DNA of 30,737 nt from a virus (IMGVR_UViG_3300011335_000651:1-30737); one strand, 5' to 3'; counted from the first letter of the stretch, positions 9,159-18,079 are shown. Notes: generated by a model from the sequence alone, not told the origin. Made by a program: numbers and translations.

Positions 9159-9602
9159 TTAATCGAATGAAACTTCTGAACCACGAGTAATAATTTCATT
9201 TCCCTTTCTAGTGATAGTCTCACCATTTTTTCGTGAATTTTGCAGGCTTAGATTTTCTCTGGCTTGCTTTTTCTTCAACTGGTTTTCATCAAATTGGGTT
9301 TTCAGAATCCTCATAAGAATCTGCTTGTGCCCACAACTAGTCGTGGAAATACAAAAATCAGGTCTGAGCTTGCTCTCTTTCGAGTTGGCTGTAAACACTC
9401 TGTCGTCCTTCAGTACACCTGTTGTTTCAATAGGTTCCCATCCGGCATCTATATAGCGTTCAATTCGCTTGGCACCCTCTGTTTTGTAGTCCATTATTAC
9501 ATTTTTGTAATGATATGCTGGGTCTTGGTCTACCCATTGTAAAATATCATTTACGTCTAATTCAGGTCGAAATTGTTTTCTGAATTTATCTTTAGTACTC
9601 AT
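9159..9602 (-). CDS. Hypothetical head-module protein
   Basis: DPAYHYKNV..RIERYIDAGWEP..QILMRI. Lies between the scaffold and decoration genes and is coupled to the scaffold stop codon. Confidence 0.6.
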   Translation of the reverse strand: MSTKDKFRKQFRPELDVNDILQWVDQDPAYHYKNVIMDYKTEGAKRIERYIDAGWEPIETTGVLKDDRVFTANSKESKLRPDFCISTTSCGHKQILMRILKTQFDENQLKKKQARENLSLQNSRKNGETITRKGNEIITRGSEVSFD

Positions 9603-10492
9603 TATAATTCCCCATCTTGTTTTAATCGATTAATAAATTCTGCTTCAGTTATACTTGGATTCATTCTTTTATACACGTTATAGGTATCTCTGTGTTCCTG
9701 AGATAAACTCTTAAACGCCTTGTTTGCGCTACTTTTGTTGACTGCTGACTTATTAACTGATGATTGACTTGGGGATAAACTAGGAGGTATCTGTCCTCGC
9801 TTAGTTCCAAGTACTCTATCTGGGTACTCATACCCTAATCTTTTTTCTATCATGACTGCTACGTCATCGAGGGAATTTACTCTAACTCTTCCCGCATTTA
9901 TATCTGCTCTGATTTCATTGTCTATTTCAACTGCTCGTTCAACGAGGTCTAAATTTCGGTCGTTGTACCAATGTTGATTTCGTGCTATAAAGTTCTCTAG
10001 TGCTGCTTGTTGACTTTGTTGTGCGTAAGCTGCTTGGTTGGATTGCTCCATATGCTCGAGTCTTGCTAACTCTTTAGTATAGTGAGCTACCCCTTCCATA
10101 TCCATATCATCTTTTGATGACACCAATCGACTGCGTATGTCTTCCTTGGCTTTTTCGTATTCCCTTTGAGCTGTTCGTTGCTGGTATTCTACTAATGCTT
10201 GGATTTCTCTATCGCGTTGGTCTACCTTCTTCTTCATCGCGTAAAGTTGTTCTAAAATCTTCCCAGTTTTGTCGAAGGATTCGGGCGACTTCCATTGTTT
10301 AGGGTCACGGCCCTGGGCAATCCATTCCTCTTTAGAAATGTGGCCGTATTTTTTCGCTCGTTCGACTACCTCTGCATCACCAGACTCTTCTTCTAACTCT
10401 TCCGGTTCCTCGTTGGATACTTCTTCTATTGCCTCTTCGGCAGTAATGAGGTCTTCTCTACTGTCTTCCTCGAAAACATGTCCCTCTTCCAT
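9602..10492 (-). CDS. Capsid scaffolding protein
   Basis: Acidic N-terminus, long coiled-coil Q/E-rich middle and Ser/Pro-rich linker. Position between portal and capsid. Confidence 0.75.
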   Translation of the reverse strand: MEEGHVFEEDSREDLITAEEAIEEVSNEEPEELEEESGDAEVVERAKKYGHISKEEWIAQGRDPKQWKSPESFDKTGKILEQLYAMKKKVDQRDREIQALVEYQQRTAQREYEKAKEDIRSRLVSSKDDMDMEGVAHYTKELARLEHMEQSNQAAYAQQSQQAALENFIARNQHWYNDRNLDLVERAVEIDNEIRADINAGRVRVNSLDDVAVMIEKRLGYEYPDRVLGTKRGQIPPSLSPSQSSVNKSAVNKSSANKAFKSLSQEHRDTYNVYKRMNPSITEAEFINRLKQDGEL

Positions 10493-10842
10493 TATTTGCT
10501 CCTTACTATTAAGTCAACACTATCATCTTTTATTTTAAAGTACTCGCCATCTTGGTCTAATTTAGACGGCTTATATGCTGTAAAATAAACGAAATCCCCT
10601 ACTTTAGGTGGGTCTATTTCTACTCCGTATCTCTCTTGATATTTAGCCCCAAAAGCGTCTCTAGCCATGCTTACTATTTTTGCTCTGCTAGATGCTCCTG
10701 CAAAAGTCTTTTCTTGCATTTCTGTAAGAATTAACTTACTATCTTTCGATAGTCCTAAATCCTCTTTGACCATGTCTGAATCAATTTTCACCACTAGGGT
10801 TCCATTGATTGGTTCACAGCTTAGAATCTCAAACTCTTTCAT
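10492..10842 (-). CDS. GroES-like co-chaperonin
   Basis: EPINGTLVVK, SKLILT (mobile-loop position), AKIVSM, PKVGDFVYF and FKIKDDSV follow the GroES strand pattern. Confidence 0.65.
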   Translation of the reverse strand: MKEFEILSCEPINGTLVVKIDSDMVKEDLGLSKDSKLILTEMQEKTFAGASSRAKIVSMARDAFGAKYQERYGVEIDPPKVGDFVYFTAYKPSKLDQDGEYFKIKDDSVDLIVRSK

Positions 10843-11077
10843 ATTCTTCCTCGTCTTTGGTTAACTCTTTAATATCTTTTATCATTTGAATGGCTCTTTC
10901 GAACCCTTCTACTGCCCCAACTTTATGGGCGTAATCTACTGCTATCTTATCCGCTGAGTCGTGTAGTAACAAACTTCCGTTTATCACCGACCCTTTTATA
11001 TCATTTAGTTCTTCATTGAGAAGTTTCAGCGCGTGCCTCGTTTCTCTGCTGCCTAGCCATAAGCTCCAATCGTTCAC
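10829..11077 (-). CDS. Hypothetical helical protein
   Basis: GTG start with GAGG upstream. Overlaps the portal 3' end by 65 nt and overlaps the start of the GroES-like gene. Confidence 0.6.
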   Translation of the reverse strand: MNDWSLWLGSRETRHALKLLNEELNDIKGSVINGSLLLHDSADKIAVDYAHKVGAVEGFERAIQMIKDIKELTKDEEEYERV

Positions 11078-12998
11078 GTTCTACCTCTATTTTGTCTTCG
11101 GCCACATTGGCCATTCTTTCTTTAACGTTTGCTTCTTGTTGGTCCTTGTGCGACTTTGCTATCATCATTTTTTGCCGTTCATCAGATTCGTTTGCTCTTA
11201 TTTGTGCTTCCATCTCCTTAAGTTTAGTTTTCATCATTTCTATTTCGATAGAAATCTCTTCTCTTTCCCCTTTTTGGGCTTCTAGTTGAAGCTTGGCCAT
11301 GTTAACCTCTTGCTTCATTTTAAGTTCTTCCATTTTGGGGTCAGGTTGAGGGGGTTGCGGCTGAGCTATTAGCTCTTCCGGTCTTTCGATTTGTAAATCT
11401 CCAAATATACGCATTGCCATCGCTTGAGGGTTTAATACATTCGCCAACGGAGTTTGCATTAATTGCTGTAAAGCTTGTAACTTGATAAACCTGTGAGCTT
11501 CACTACTTTGAGTAGGGTCTGCTACTGGGATAATGTCTAACTCTTCTTCGTTGAAAATGTCTTGGCTTACCTGTATGTTTGTGTCGCTATATCTGATGAA
11601 TCTTTCTTGTGTGGAAAACTTCCCATACATATGAAACATCATCTTGAATTCTTTCTTAAGCGAACTATACAGCTTCTGAACCATCGGTTTGAACGCTCTT
11701 GTTCCTTGCTCGATAATAGCTAGCATTGTAGTTGCCGGAACGTTCTGGCCTTCAGAATCGCCCATAAGGGCTTGTGTAACGAACCCTGTCTCTTTACCTG
11801 CTTCTATTAGCAGGCCCAAAAGGGAGAAGAGCACTTGTGAGGGTTCTTTAAAGGGAAGAGGCATTATCTGGTCTTGGATACGGACAGATGGAGGAATCTC
11901 TAACTGGACGAACTTCCCAAGTTCTAAATTAACGTCTCTCTTCTTAGTCTTAAACGCTTTAGTAATGAAACCGCCTTGTTGGTTAGCTAAAGTTCCACTA
12001 TCTATTAATTGGCGTAAAACACTAGATATTGCTTTGTTCTGATGGAAAAGTAAATGGTTAAGCCCCATTGAATGGTATTTACCTGCTGGGTCATCTATGC
12101 AGTGGTAGTCAATTACGTAAGGACGAGGTACAATCTTCTTAACTTTACCTTTTGCGTTTACGTGAATATCATCTGCTTCGTAACCAGCATATATACCTAG
12201 TACTGTTCCTGAATCCCTATGGAAATAAACGATATAGGGTTCTTCGTATCCATCTTCATCTAAGTCAATATAGCAGAATTGTTCTAGGATTTCGTAAACT
12301 GGGTTTACATCACCTGGGTCATTCTCATCACTTATATCTACATTGAGTTTATCCATTTCGATATCTAAGAATCTATCTGCTCTGATATACTCAGTGATTT
12401 GATTCTTAGTCATAAAGTTACGGACTGTAATTCGTCTAGCTTTTTCTATGCAGCTAGTATTAGTATTAATGATTACGTCTTCTGGACTAATTACTTCACT
12501 TAATACTTTATCTCTGTTATCATCAAATGTTAGTTTACGATAAGCAGTTCCCCATGCACAAAGCATTTGGATTAATTTGTGTGACTCTAATAACCATGAG
12601 TCAGAATCTACTAAAAGGTCATATGAAAAGAAGTCGCTAACCATTTTAGCTTTTTGGGTTTTTACTCCGTCTAAGTCTGGACCTAGAACTGCACACTCTA
12701 CAACCTTGTTGTTTCTCACTAAGTGAGGAATTAACCTGGAGGAAAGCTGCAACGTGGCTGATGCTAATAATGGGTAAACAACCTTTGAATGAGCGTAATT
12801 TTTGGTTTGTTCATTGCTTACTTCTGCCTTAATCATCTTAAGGGCTTCTTTGTTCATATCAATCCAAGATTGACAAGATTCTTCGTCTACATCAAATCCA
12901 ACGGTAACATCGGACGCGATTTCTTTCAGTAAATCTTCGTCCAAATCTTCTGCAATGTTGGGAGAATCTACGAATTTTAAAAGTTGTTCTATGCTCAC
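11013..12998 (-). CDS. Portal protein
   Basis: 661 aa directly after TerL. Motifs GTAYRK, DLDEDGYEEPYIV, RQLIDSGTLAN, MPLPFKEPSQVL and a C-terminal coiled-coil barrel. Confidence 0.92.
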   Translation of the reverse strand: MSIEQLLKFVDSPNIAEDLDEDLLKEIASDVTVGFDVDEESCQSWIDMNKEALKMIKAEVSNEQTKNYAHSKVVYPLLASATLQLSSRLIPHLVRNNKVVECAVLGPDLDGVKTQKAKMVSDFFSYDLLVDSDSWLLESHKLIQMLCAWGTAYRKLTFDDNRDKVLSEVISPEDVIINTNTSCIEKARRITVRNFMTKNQITEYIRADRFLDIEMDKLNVDISDENDPGDVNPVYEILEQFCYIDLDEDGYEEPYIVYFHRDSGTVLGIYAGYEADDIHVNAKGKVKKIVPRPYVIDYHCIDDPAGKYHSMGLNHLLFHQNKAISSVLRQLIDSGTLANQQGGFITKAFKTKKRDVNLELGKFVQLEIPPSVRIQDQIMPLPFKEPSQVLFSLLGLLIEAGKETGFVTQALMGDSEGQNVPATTMLAIIEQGTRAFKPMVQKLYSSLKKEFKMMFHMYGKFSTQERFIRYSDTNIQVSQDIFNEEELDIIPVADPTQSSEAHRFIKLQALQQLMQTPLANVLNPQAMAMRIFGDLQIERPEELIAQPQPPQPDPKMEELKMKQEVNMAKLQLEAQKGEREEISIEIEMMKTKLKEMEAQIRANESDERQKMMIAKSHKDQQEANVKERMANVAEDKIEVERERLELMARQQRNEARAETSQ

Positions 12999-13094
12999 GT
13001 TGTTTTCCTATAATGTATCATATAATTTACACTAAGCCACTTAATGGGTAATATACTATACATTAAGTCGGTTTATTGGATATTATATTGGTCA

Positions 13095-14573
13095 TTAATA
13101 CCCCGTTAGTGGGTCTACATCTCTGCGTTCTTGATACTCATCATAAGTATCTTGTTCTGTTAAATCATACTCGGACATACTAATCATTTCGAATATGCTC
13201 AACAAGTATCTCAGTGTATCGAGTAAATGGTCATCCTGGTTTCTAGCTACCTTGTTAGGGTCTTTAGAGTCGTATCTGTATATTCTAAATTCGTCAAGGA
13301 ACTGATGAAGGTTAGAAAATACTTTAAGCATTCCAGATGTCAAATCATTATATACTTGACCGATACCTGCTATAATTCCGTTATGGCCTGGGTGTAAATC
13401 TAAACCTAGACTTCGGTAGTAATCAATACGCATTTTACCGTCATCTCTTCGGCCTCCTCCTGAGGGGTCAGCCGCTCCGGACATCCATTCCCCACGTTGC
13501 TTGATAGCGAATACGTGTTCTGAATCTTGTACTTTCCCTTTCTTATATTCAGCGTACAAATACTTAACTTGTGTTACTGGGTCTTGGGCCATCCACAATG
13601 CTGCTGTATTATTCCATCCAAAGTCTAGTCCGTAGGCCCTAGGGAAATATTCTGGAATCTCGAACGGCTTACAAGTAATATCTTCTTCTGATATTGGGTA
13701 TACTCGACCTGACCCTAATGCTGGGATACCTTTAGTACGAGCATCAATTTCATTAGCAGACATTTCCGCCTTCATTGTTCTCTTATCTTCTTCTGTCAAA
13801 TGAGGGGCATCGTCCCAAGATACCGGAATCGCAAAGCGATCTGGGTGCTCGGGATGGGTCCCATCTGGAGGAAATCTGCCGTTTGGTAAATATCTTAATG
13901 CTACGTCTGTAAGGCCTTTTAATGGGGTAAATGCTAGTAACGCAATACCAGGGTCTTTAACGCCTTTAACTCCTCTTAAACGAGATATACACTCTGAGTA
14001 TATTTCGCCTGGCGGTTCCTCGTCAAAGATGATATAATCTAAAGTTTCCGCTTGGAATTTCTCTCGACCCATATCAAAGGTTTTAACGGTTAACGAACTT
14101 ACTCCGCCACTTTTATGCTTAACTAGTATTTGACCTATCGCTCCTGGTACTCCTGGCATCGATTTGGTATCTACTATTAATTCTTTCCTTATAAGCCCCG
14201 TTCCTGTTTCTTCTCCGACTTTACCTAGCAGAGCTTCCTGCATGGAACCTCTCCATAGTGCACCAGATTCACAGATTACCCAACCTTTAGGAGCTTTCTT
14301 AAACCTATGTCCTTCCCACCAATCAGGATATTCTCCTGTCATGTGGTAGGTATCCTCTGTACTAACAGTAAAAGATTTACCTGAGCCGTTACCCCCTCCT
14401 AGCATTCTGAACCTATGATTAGCTCCGGCTTTAAAGAAAGCTAAATGCTTATGGTATAGGTGTCGAGCAAAGGGTCCCTCTAATGGGAACACTGAATCTA
14501 TTAGATTGTATTTCTTGTGTTCTGTAAATGCTTGTATTGCTCGTGCAATATTAAGCAGTTGAGGTCTATTCAC
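13095..14573 (-). CDS. terL: Terminase large subunit (P22-like)
   Basis: Walker A GGNGSGKS, Walker B IIFDEEP, FTPLKG, nuclease motifs GLDFG and DDHLLD. Confidence 0.95.
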   Translation of the reverse strand: MNRPQLLNIARAIQAFTEHKKYNLIDSVFPLEGPFARHLYHKHLAFFKAGANHRFRMLGGGNGSGKSFTVSTEDTYHMTGEYPDWWEGHRFKKAPKGWVICESGALWRGSMQEALLGKVGEETGTGLIRKELIVDTKSMPGVPGAIGQILVKHKSGGVSSLTVKTFDMGREKFQAETLDYIIFDEEPPGEIYSECISRLRGVKGVKDPGIALLAFTPLKGLTDVALRYLPNGRFPPDGTHPEHPDRFAIPVSWDDAPHLTEEDKRTMKAEMSANEIDARTKGIPALGSGRVYPISEEDITCKPFEIPEYFPRAYGLDFGWNNTAALWMAQDPVTQVKYLYAEYKKGKVQDSEHVFAIKQRGEWMSGAADPSGGGRRDDGKMRIDYYRSLGLDLHPGHNGIIAGIGQVYNDLTSGMLKVFSNLHQFLDEFRIYRYDSKDPNKVARNQDDHLLDTLRYLLSIFEMISMSEYDLTEQDTYDEYQERRDVDPLTGY

Positions 14574-15012
14574 TAACTATTTCGCCTTCGATAATATATT
14601 GAAGTTCGGGGTTTTGTTCTAGCTGTGACCTAATGAATGCTAACAACTCTTCGTTTGATTGGTCATTGAGTACGTTCATTTGGTCTATATTAATCTGAGT
14701 GTTGTTCGTAATTCCTGTTGCAGTCTTATCCGTCCAACCATTACGATATTTGCCTAAGTCCCTCCAGAATTGATAGTCGATATCCATAGTCTTCATCATT
14801 CCTTGGACTCCGAGGTCTTCGTGGTGCGCATCAAATACTACCTTACCTTTGTCACAAGCTTCCGCGAATTCTGGGTGTTCTTTCTTCCACCTGTAGAACG
14901 TCGAGCGGGCTGTACCTAGAAGAGCTATCGCTTTAGTTTCCGATGACCCTCCTGCCATTATCTTGTAGACTTCTGCACAATACTCTGGTTTGTATTCTGA
15001 TTGAGCTGCCAA
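14566..15012 (-). CDS. terS: Terminase small subunit
   Basis: SEYKPEY N-terminus and HTH-like LGTARSTFYRWKKEHPEF. Overlaps the TerL start. Confidence 0.85.
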   Translation of the reverse strand: MAAQSEYKPEYCAEVYKIMAGGSSETKAIALLGTARSTFYRWKKEHPEFAEACDKGKVVFDAHHEDLGVQGMMKTMDIDYQFWRDLGKYRNGWTDKTATGITNNTQINIDQMNVLNDQSNEELLAFIRSQLEQNPELQYIIEGEIVSE

Positions 15013-15013
15013 T

Positions 15014-15274
15014 TTATAGTCTCTCTAGTATCTTATCTAATCCGATACGGATGTATCCTATGTCTTCTTTGATTGCCTTAATCTCGATAGCTGTTTCCGC
15101 TTGAGTGCGGTCCAGCCTGTGGACTTCGCGTTCCAATCTTTCTAGACGGTTGTTTAACCTGTCTTCTTCTTGCTTTCGATTGGATTCCGATTTTTGATGT
15201 TGGTACATAAAGTAACTGGCTATAGCGCCAAATATCCAAATTATGTATTCCTTTACAGCTACTAAAAATTCCAT
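15014..15274 (-). CDS. Small single-TM + coiled-coil protein (XhlA-like, lysis-associated?)
   Basis: Probable start is ATG 15274 (MEFLV). Hydrophobic YIIWIFGAIASYFMY is followed by heptad repeats. Confidence 0.55.
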   Translation of the reverse strand: MEFLVAVKEYIIWIFGAIASYFMYQHQKSESNRKQEEDRLNNRLERLEREVHRLDRTQAETAIEIKAIKEDIGYIRIGLDKILERL

Positions 15275-15441
15275 TTCCAGGGTATTCCCCAAACGCTTAG
15301 TTCCGGCGTAATGTCTTCTAATTTTTTAACCTCGATACGTTCCTGTTTGACATCGTATCCCCATTTTATAAATAAATCTTCTGCTAGAGCCCAATCTCGC
15401 ACTATTACTTCTTTGTCCCCTTGGAAGATTACTTTATCCAT
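15262..15441 (-). CDS. Hypothetical protein
   Basis: Probable start is ATG 15441 (MDKVIF), overlapping the holin stop. Fills the gap exactly. Confidence 0.5.
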   Translation of the reverse strand: MDKVIFQGDKEVIVRDWALAEDLFIKWGYDVKQERIEVKKLEDITPELSVWGIPWKWNF

Positions 15442-15991
15442 TCGCCTTATCCGCTGCATTTCTAATAGCCTCCCATTGTTCCTGGGTCATGCCTTGCTTA
15501 AACAAAGTTCTTCTTAGTTCTGCTGCTAACACATCTTCATTGATTGGATTTTCTGCTTTGGCTTTATCTACTTTGCCTTGTTGGTAAGTTGCCATAGTCT
15601 TTTCCCCTATGTATCCGCCTAAGCCCACGTTTAAGAGGACCCACGCTTCTGAAGGGATGTTTATTGGGTTTATTTGAGTACCCATGAAGTATAGGATTGA
15701 ATTTAATACTGGACATATAATCCAGTTAAACCCTATCATCAAAGTACACATAGTCATAAGCTTAGCTCTCCAATCGGAAAACCAAGTACCTTGATTCATT
15801 TCAGTATTGATGATTTCTTTCTTAGCTTCGTTCTCTATTGCGTCAGCTTTGTTTTGTTCTATCTGAGCCTTAAGAACTGCTTCTTGAATTTTTGCTTCTG
15901 CTTCCGCTGCCTCTTTAGGGTCTGGGAATACTTTATTGATAATCGGTTGTAACAAGGGACCGATTAGCCCTAGAATTGCAGAAAAACCCAT
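15434..15991 (-). CDS. Holin, 3TM (GTA-release) family
   Basis: IINKVFPDP, WFSDWRAKL + TM helix, EAWVLLNVGLGGYIG. First gene of the late arm. Confidence 0.7.
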   Translation of the reverse strand: MGFSAILGLIGPLLQPIINKVFPDPKEAAEAEAKIQEAVLKAQIEQNKADAIENEAKKEIINTEMNQGTWFSDWRAKLMTMCTLMIGFNWIICPVLNSILYFMGTQINPINIPSEAWVLLNVGLGGYIGEKTMATYQQGKVDKAKAENPINEDVLAAELRRTLFKQGMTQEQWEAIRNAADKANG

Positions 15992-16132
15992 TGTCTATTC
16001 CTTTACTAACTGGTGGCTACTAGGGGCTAGAATCTAAATCAGCCCCTTTAACCATTGATTTTAATCAGTTTTTTCTGATTTGAGTTCCAACCCCTACGTG
16101 AGACTAGGTAGTTAATCTAATCTCACCCTTGG

Positions 16133-16161
16133 AGTGTAGACCATACTAGGTAGTTTGTCAA
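16133..16161 (-). promoter_or_regulatory. Late-arm promoter TTGACA-17-TACACT
   Basis: -35 at 16161-16156, -10 at 16138-16133. Confidence 0.7.
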
Positions 16162-16203
16162 GTACTTATTAGAAATATTTTTTTCGCTTGACCCCTACTA
16201 TCT

Positions 16204-16232
16204 AGTATACCACCCTTTCCCTATTCTGTCAA
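16204..16232 (-). promoter_or_regulatory. Late-arm promoter TTGACA-17-TATACT (extended -10)
   Basis: -35 at 16232-16227, -10 at 16209-16204. Shares AAGTACTTGACA with the promoter at 16161. Confidence 0.75.
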
Positions 16233-16462
16233 GTACTTTTCAATAAATATTTCCATAATGTTCCCTTGTGTATCTAAAGAGCAGCCTCTTAAGGTTGCCT
16301 TAAGTATTACTCAGTTTTCTTTTGAATAACACATTTAAGGGTCCCCTACGCCGCCCCGACCGAACAACACCCTGTTGCCCCTCCCCCCTCCCAAGCAAAA
16401 CTAGGCTGAAACGCAGCCAATCAACTGAGACAACACAGTCATTGGGCAGACTCACTGACCAG

Positions 16463-16484
16463 TGACTTAGCTAAGTCATTGATT
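16463..16484. promoter_or_regulatory. 16-bp palindrome overlapping an IHF-consensus site
   Basis: TGACTTAGCTAAGTCA (16463-16478). TAAGTCATTGATT (16472-16484) fits YAANNNNTTGATW. Confidence 0.5.
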
Positions 16485-16653
16485 GTATTAACTTGTTAAC
16501 TGCTAAGTCTGATTATTAATATAACCAGACCTAACGCATTAGTATTGATGGGACAATGGTACCGTATGGCTGGGGTGAGGAACACACGACAGAAGGGTAG
16601 AGGCCATCATATAACTAGATACAGGGGCAGTAACCTAGTACGATACACGTACG

Positions 16654-16666
16654 TAAACTATTGATT
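16654..16666. promoter_or_regulatory. IHF-consensus site
   Basis: TAAACTATTGATT fits YAANNNNTTGATW and ends 34 bp upstream of the early -35. Confidence 0.45.
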
Positions 16667-16699
16667 AATTGTTAGTATAAAAATATTTATTAGTTTCAC

Positions 16700-16727
16700 T
16701 TGACATTAAATATAGTAGTGCCATACT
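16700..16727 (+). promoter_or_regulatory. Early promoter TTGACA-16-CATACT (TGn extended -10)
   Basis: -35 at 16700-16705, -10 at 16722-16727, with an AT-rich UP region upstream. Confidence 0.65.
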
Positions 16728-16771
16728 AATAGTAACAGTACAGTAATTGTACAGTAACTAAGGGGAACGAC

Positions 16772-16912
16772 ATGAGGATATACACGATAGAGGAAATCAG
16801 AAACATGTATGTCGAAGGCAATGGTTACTCTAGCTTTGATGAGTATCTGAAGGGAGAGTATATGCCTTGCTTTGATGAAGAGTTAAACTTTTTGGGGTAT
16901 TGTCATGACTAA
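16772..16912 (+). CDS. Small early protein (46 aa)
   Basis: AGGGGA RBS. MRIYTIEEIRNMYVEGNGYSSFDEYLKGEYMPCFDEELNFLGYCHD. First of a chain of coupled ORFs. Confidence 0.7.
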   Translation: MRIYTIEEIRNMYVEGNGYSSFDEYLKGEYMPCFDEELNFLGYCHD

Positions 16913-17066
16913 GTATATATTTTGGGCAGATAGTATAGACGGTCTGCGAGTGGATATAGAAGTACTGGCTATAAACTATACAGCAGCTAGACAGAAGGTG
17001 TTGAAGTGTATAGCGTTACGTTCAGAATTTAAACACCCAGTTAGGGGGAGAAAGCCATCATGGTAG
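16905..17066 (+). CDS. Small early protein (53 aa)
   Basis: MTKYIFWADSIDGLRVDIEVLAINYTAARQKVLKC... Overlaps both neighbours. Confidence 0.6.
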   Translation: MTKYIFWADSIDGLRVDIEVLAINYTAARQKVLKCIALRSEFKHPVRGRKPSW

Positions 17067-17197
17067 AAGAAATACTAGAGCTAAGAAGTAAGGGGCTCAC
17101 GATATCGGAGATTTCACACAAGACTGGATATAGTATTACAAGAGTGTGTGAAGTGATTAGGGCACAGAACGATAAAGACATAGCGGAGGACAATTAA
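17060..17197 (+). CDS. Small helix-turn-helix protein (45 aa)
   Basis: GGAG RBS. MVEEILELRSKGLTISEISHKTGYSITRVCEVIR has an HTH pattern. Confidence 0.65.
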   Translation: MVEEILELRSKGLTISEISHKTGYSITRVCEVIRAQNDKDIAEDN

Positions 17198-17198
17198 G

Positions 17199-17336
17199 AT
17201 GTACACATTAAGACAAATACTCAAGCTGATGTTAGAGGATGGGTATACAATAGTTCAAGTATCTGAAGATATGTATAGAATAAATGGTAAGATATATGCA
17301 GAAGCTTACATTAGAAACAATTACTGGAGTATATAA
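17199..17336 (+). CDS. Small early protein (45 aa)
   Basis: GGAGG RBS. MYTLRQILKLMLEDGYTIVQVSEDMYRINGKIYAEAYIRNNYWSI. Confidence 0.65.
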   Translation: MYTLRQILKLMLEDGYTIVQVSEDMYRINGKIYAEAYIRNNYWSI

Positions 17337-17337
17337 G

Positions 17338-17418
17338 ATGCAAATATTAGGTGGAATATTGGTTATGTGCGCAACGGTGGCGTTTCTATACTTGTACTTT
17401 AATGCGGTGATAGTATGA
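17338..17418 (+). CDS. Single-TM micro-protein (26 aa)
   Basis: GGAG RBS. MQILGGILVMCATVAFLYLYFNAVIV. ATGA overlap with the next gene. Confidence 0.55.
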   Translation: MQILGGILVMCATVAFLYLYFNAVIV

Positions 17419-17969
17419 ACACAGAACATATTTTAGAGCAGCATAGGTTGTGGCTAGAGGGCCGTGGCGAAGGGGAGAGAGCCAATCTAGCAAGAGCTAA
17501 CTTAGCAGGAGTTGACTTAGTAGAAGCTGACTTATCAGGAGCTGACTTAAGCCGAGCTAACCTAGAGAAAGCAGACTTGACGTATGCTAATTTGACAGGA
17601 GCTAATTTGTGCGCAGCTAACCTAACGGGAGCTAATTTGTGCGCAGCTAATCTAATGGGAGCTAATCTAACAGGAGCTAATTTGACAGGAGCTGACCTAG
17701 AAGAAGCTAATTTAACAGAAGCTAATTTAACAAAAGCTGAATTGAAGGGAGCTGATTTATGCAGCGTAAAAGGAAAGCTCATATTTGCATTTCAAATAAA
17801 TAAACATTTTGCTTACTACTGCGACGAGATACTTAAAATCGGCTGTGTATCTGCGAGTATATATACATGGAAAGCGCTAGCCCATGAGATTGGAGAGGAG
17901 GAGGGGTATACAGAAAATGATGTTAAAAACTATCTAACTATTATAAACGTTATCAGTGAGCTGATTTAG
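17415..17969 (+). CDS. Pentapeptide-repeat protein
   Basis: HRLWLEG..GERANL followed by ~19 A(N/D)Lxx repeats and a C-terminal LKIGC domain. Confidence 0.95.
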   Translation: MNTEHILEQHRLWLEGRGEGERANLARANLAGVDLVEADLSGADLSRANLEKADLTYANLTGANLCAANLTGANLCAANLMGANLTGANLTGADLEEANLTEANLTKAELKGADLCSVKGKLIFAFQINKHFAYYCDEILKIGCVSASIYTWKALAHEIGEEEGYTENDVKNYLTIINVISELI

Positions 17970-18079
17970 ATTCTAACCCCTAATGGGCACTAGTTTGTAA
18001 AGATTGTGTAAAGATACTGTACAAATAATGAACGATGTACCATACTAATAATAAGAGAACAAATAACGGAGCGACGAAT

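Noticed and set aside
12999-13094. AT-rich TerL-portal spacer with a TAATGTAT/ATACATTA inverted repeat
   Set aside because: Weak AT-only stem with no clear promoter or terminator.
101-15517. Plus-strand ORFs in the track across the late arm (e.g. 101-718, 4860-5333, 8567-9091)
   Set aside because: Antisense shadows of well-supported minus-strand genes, with no recognisable motifs.
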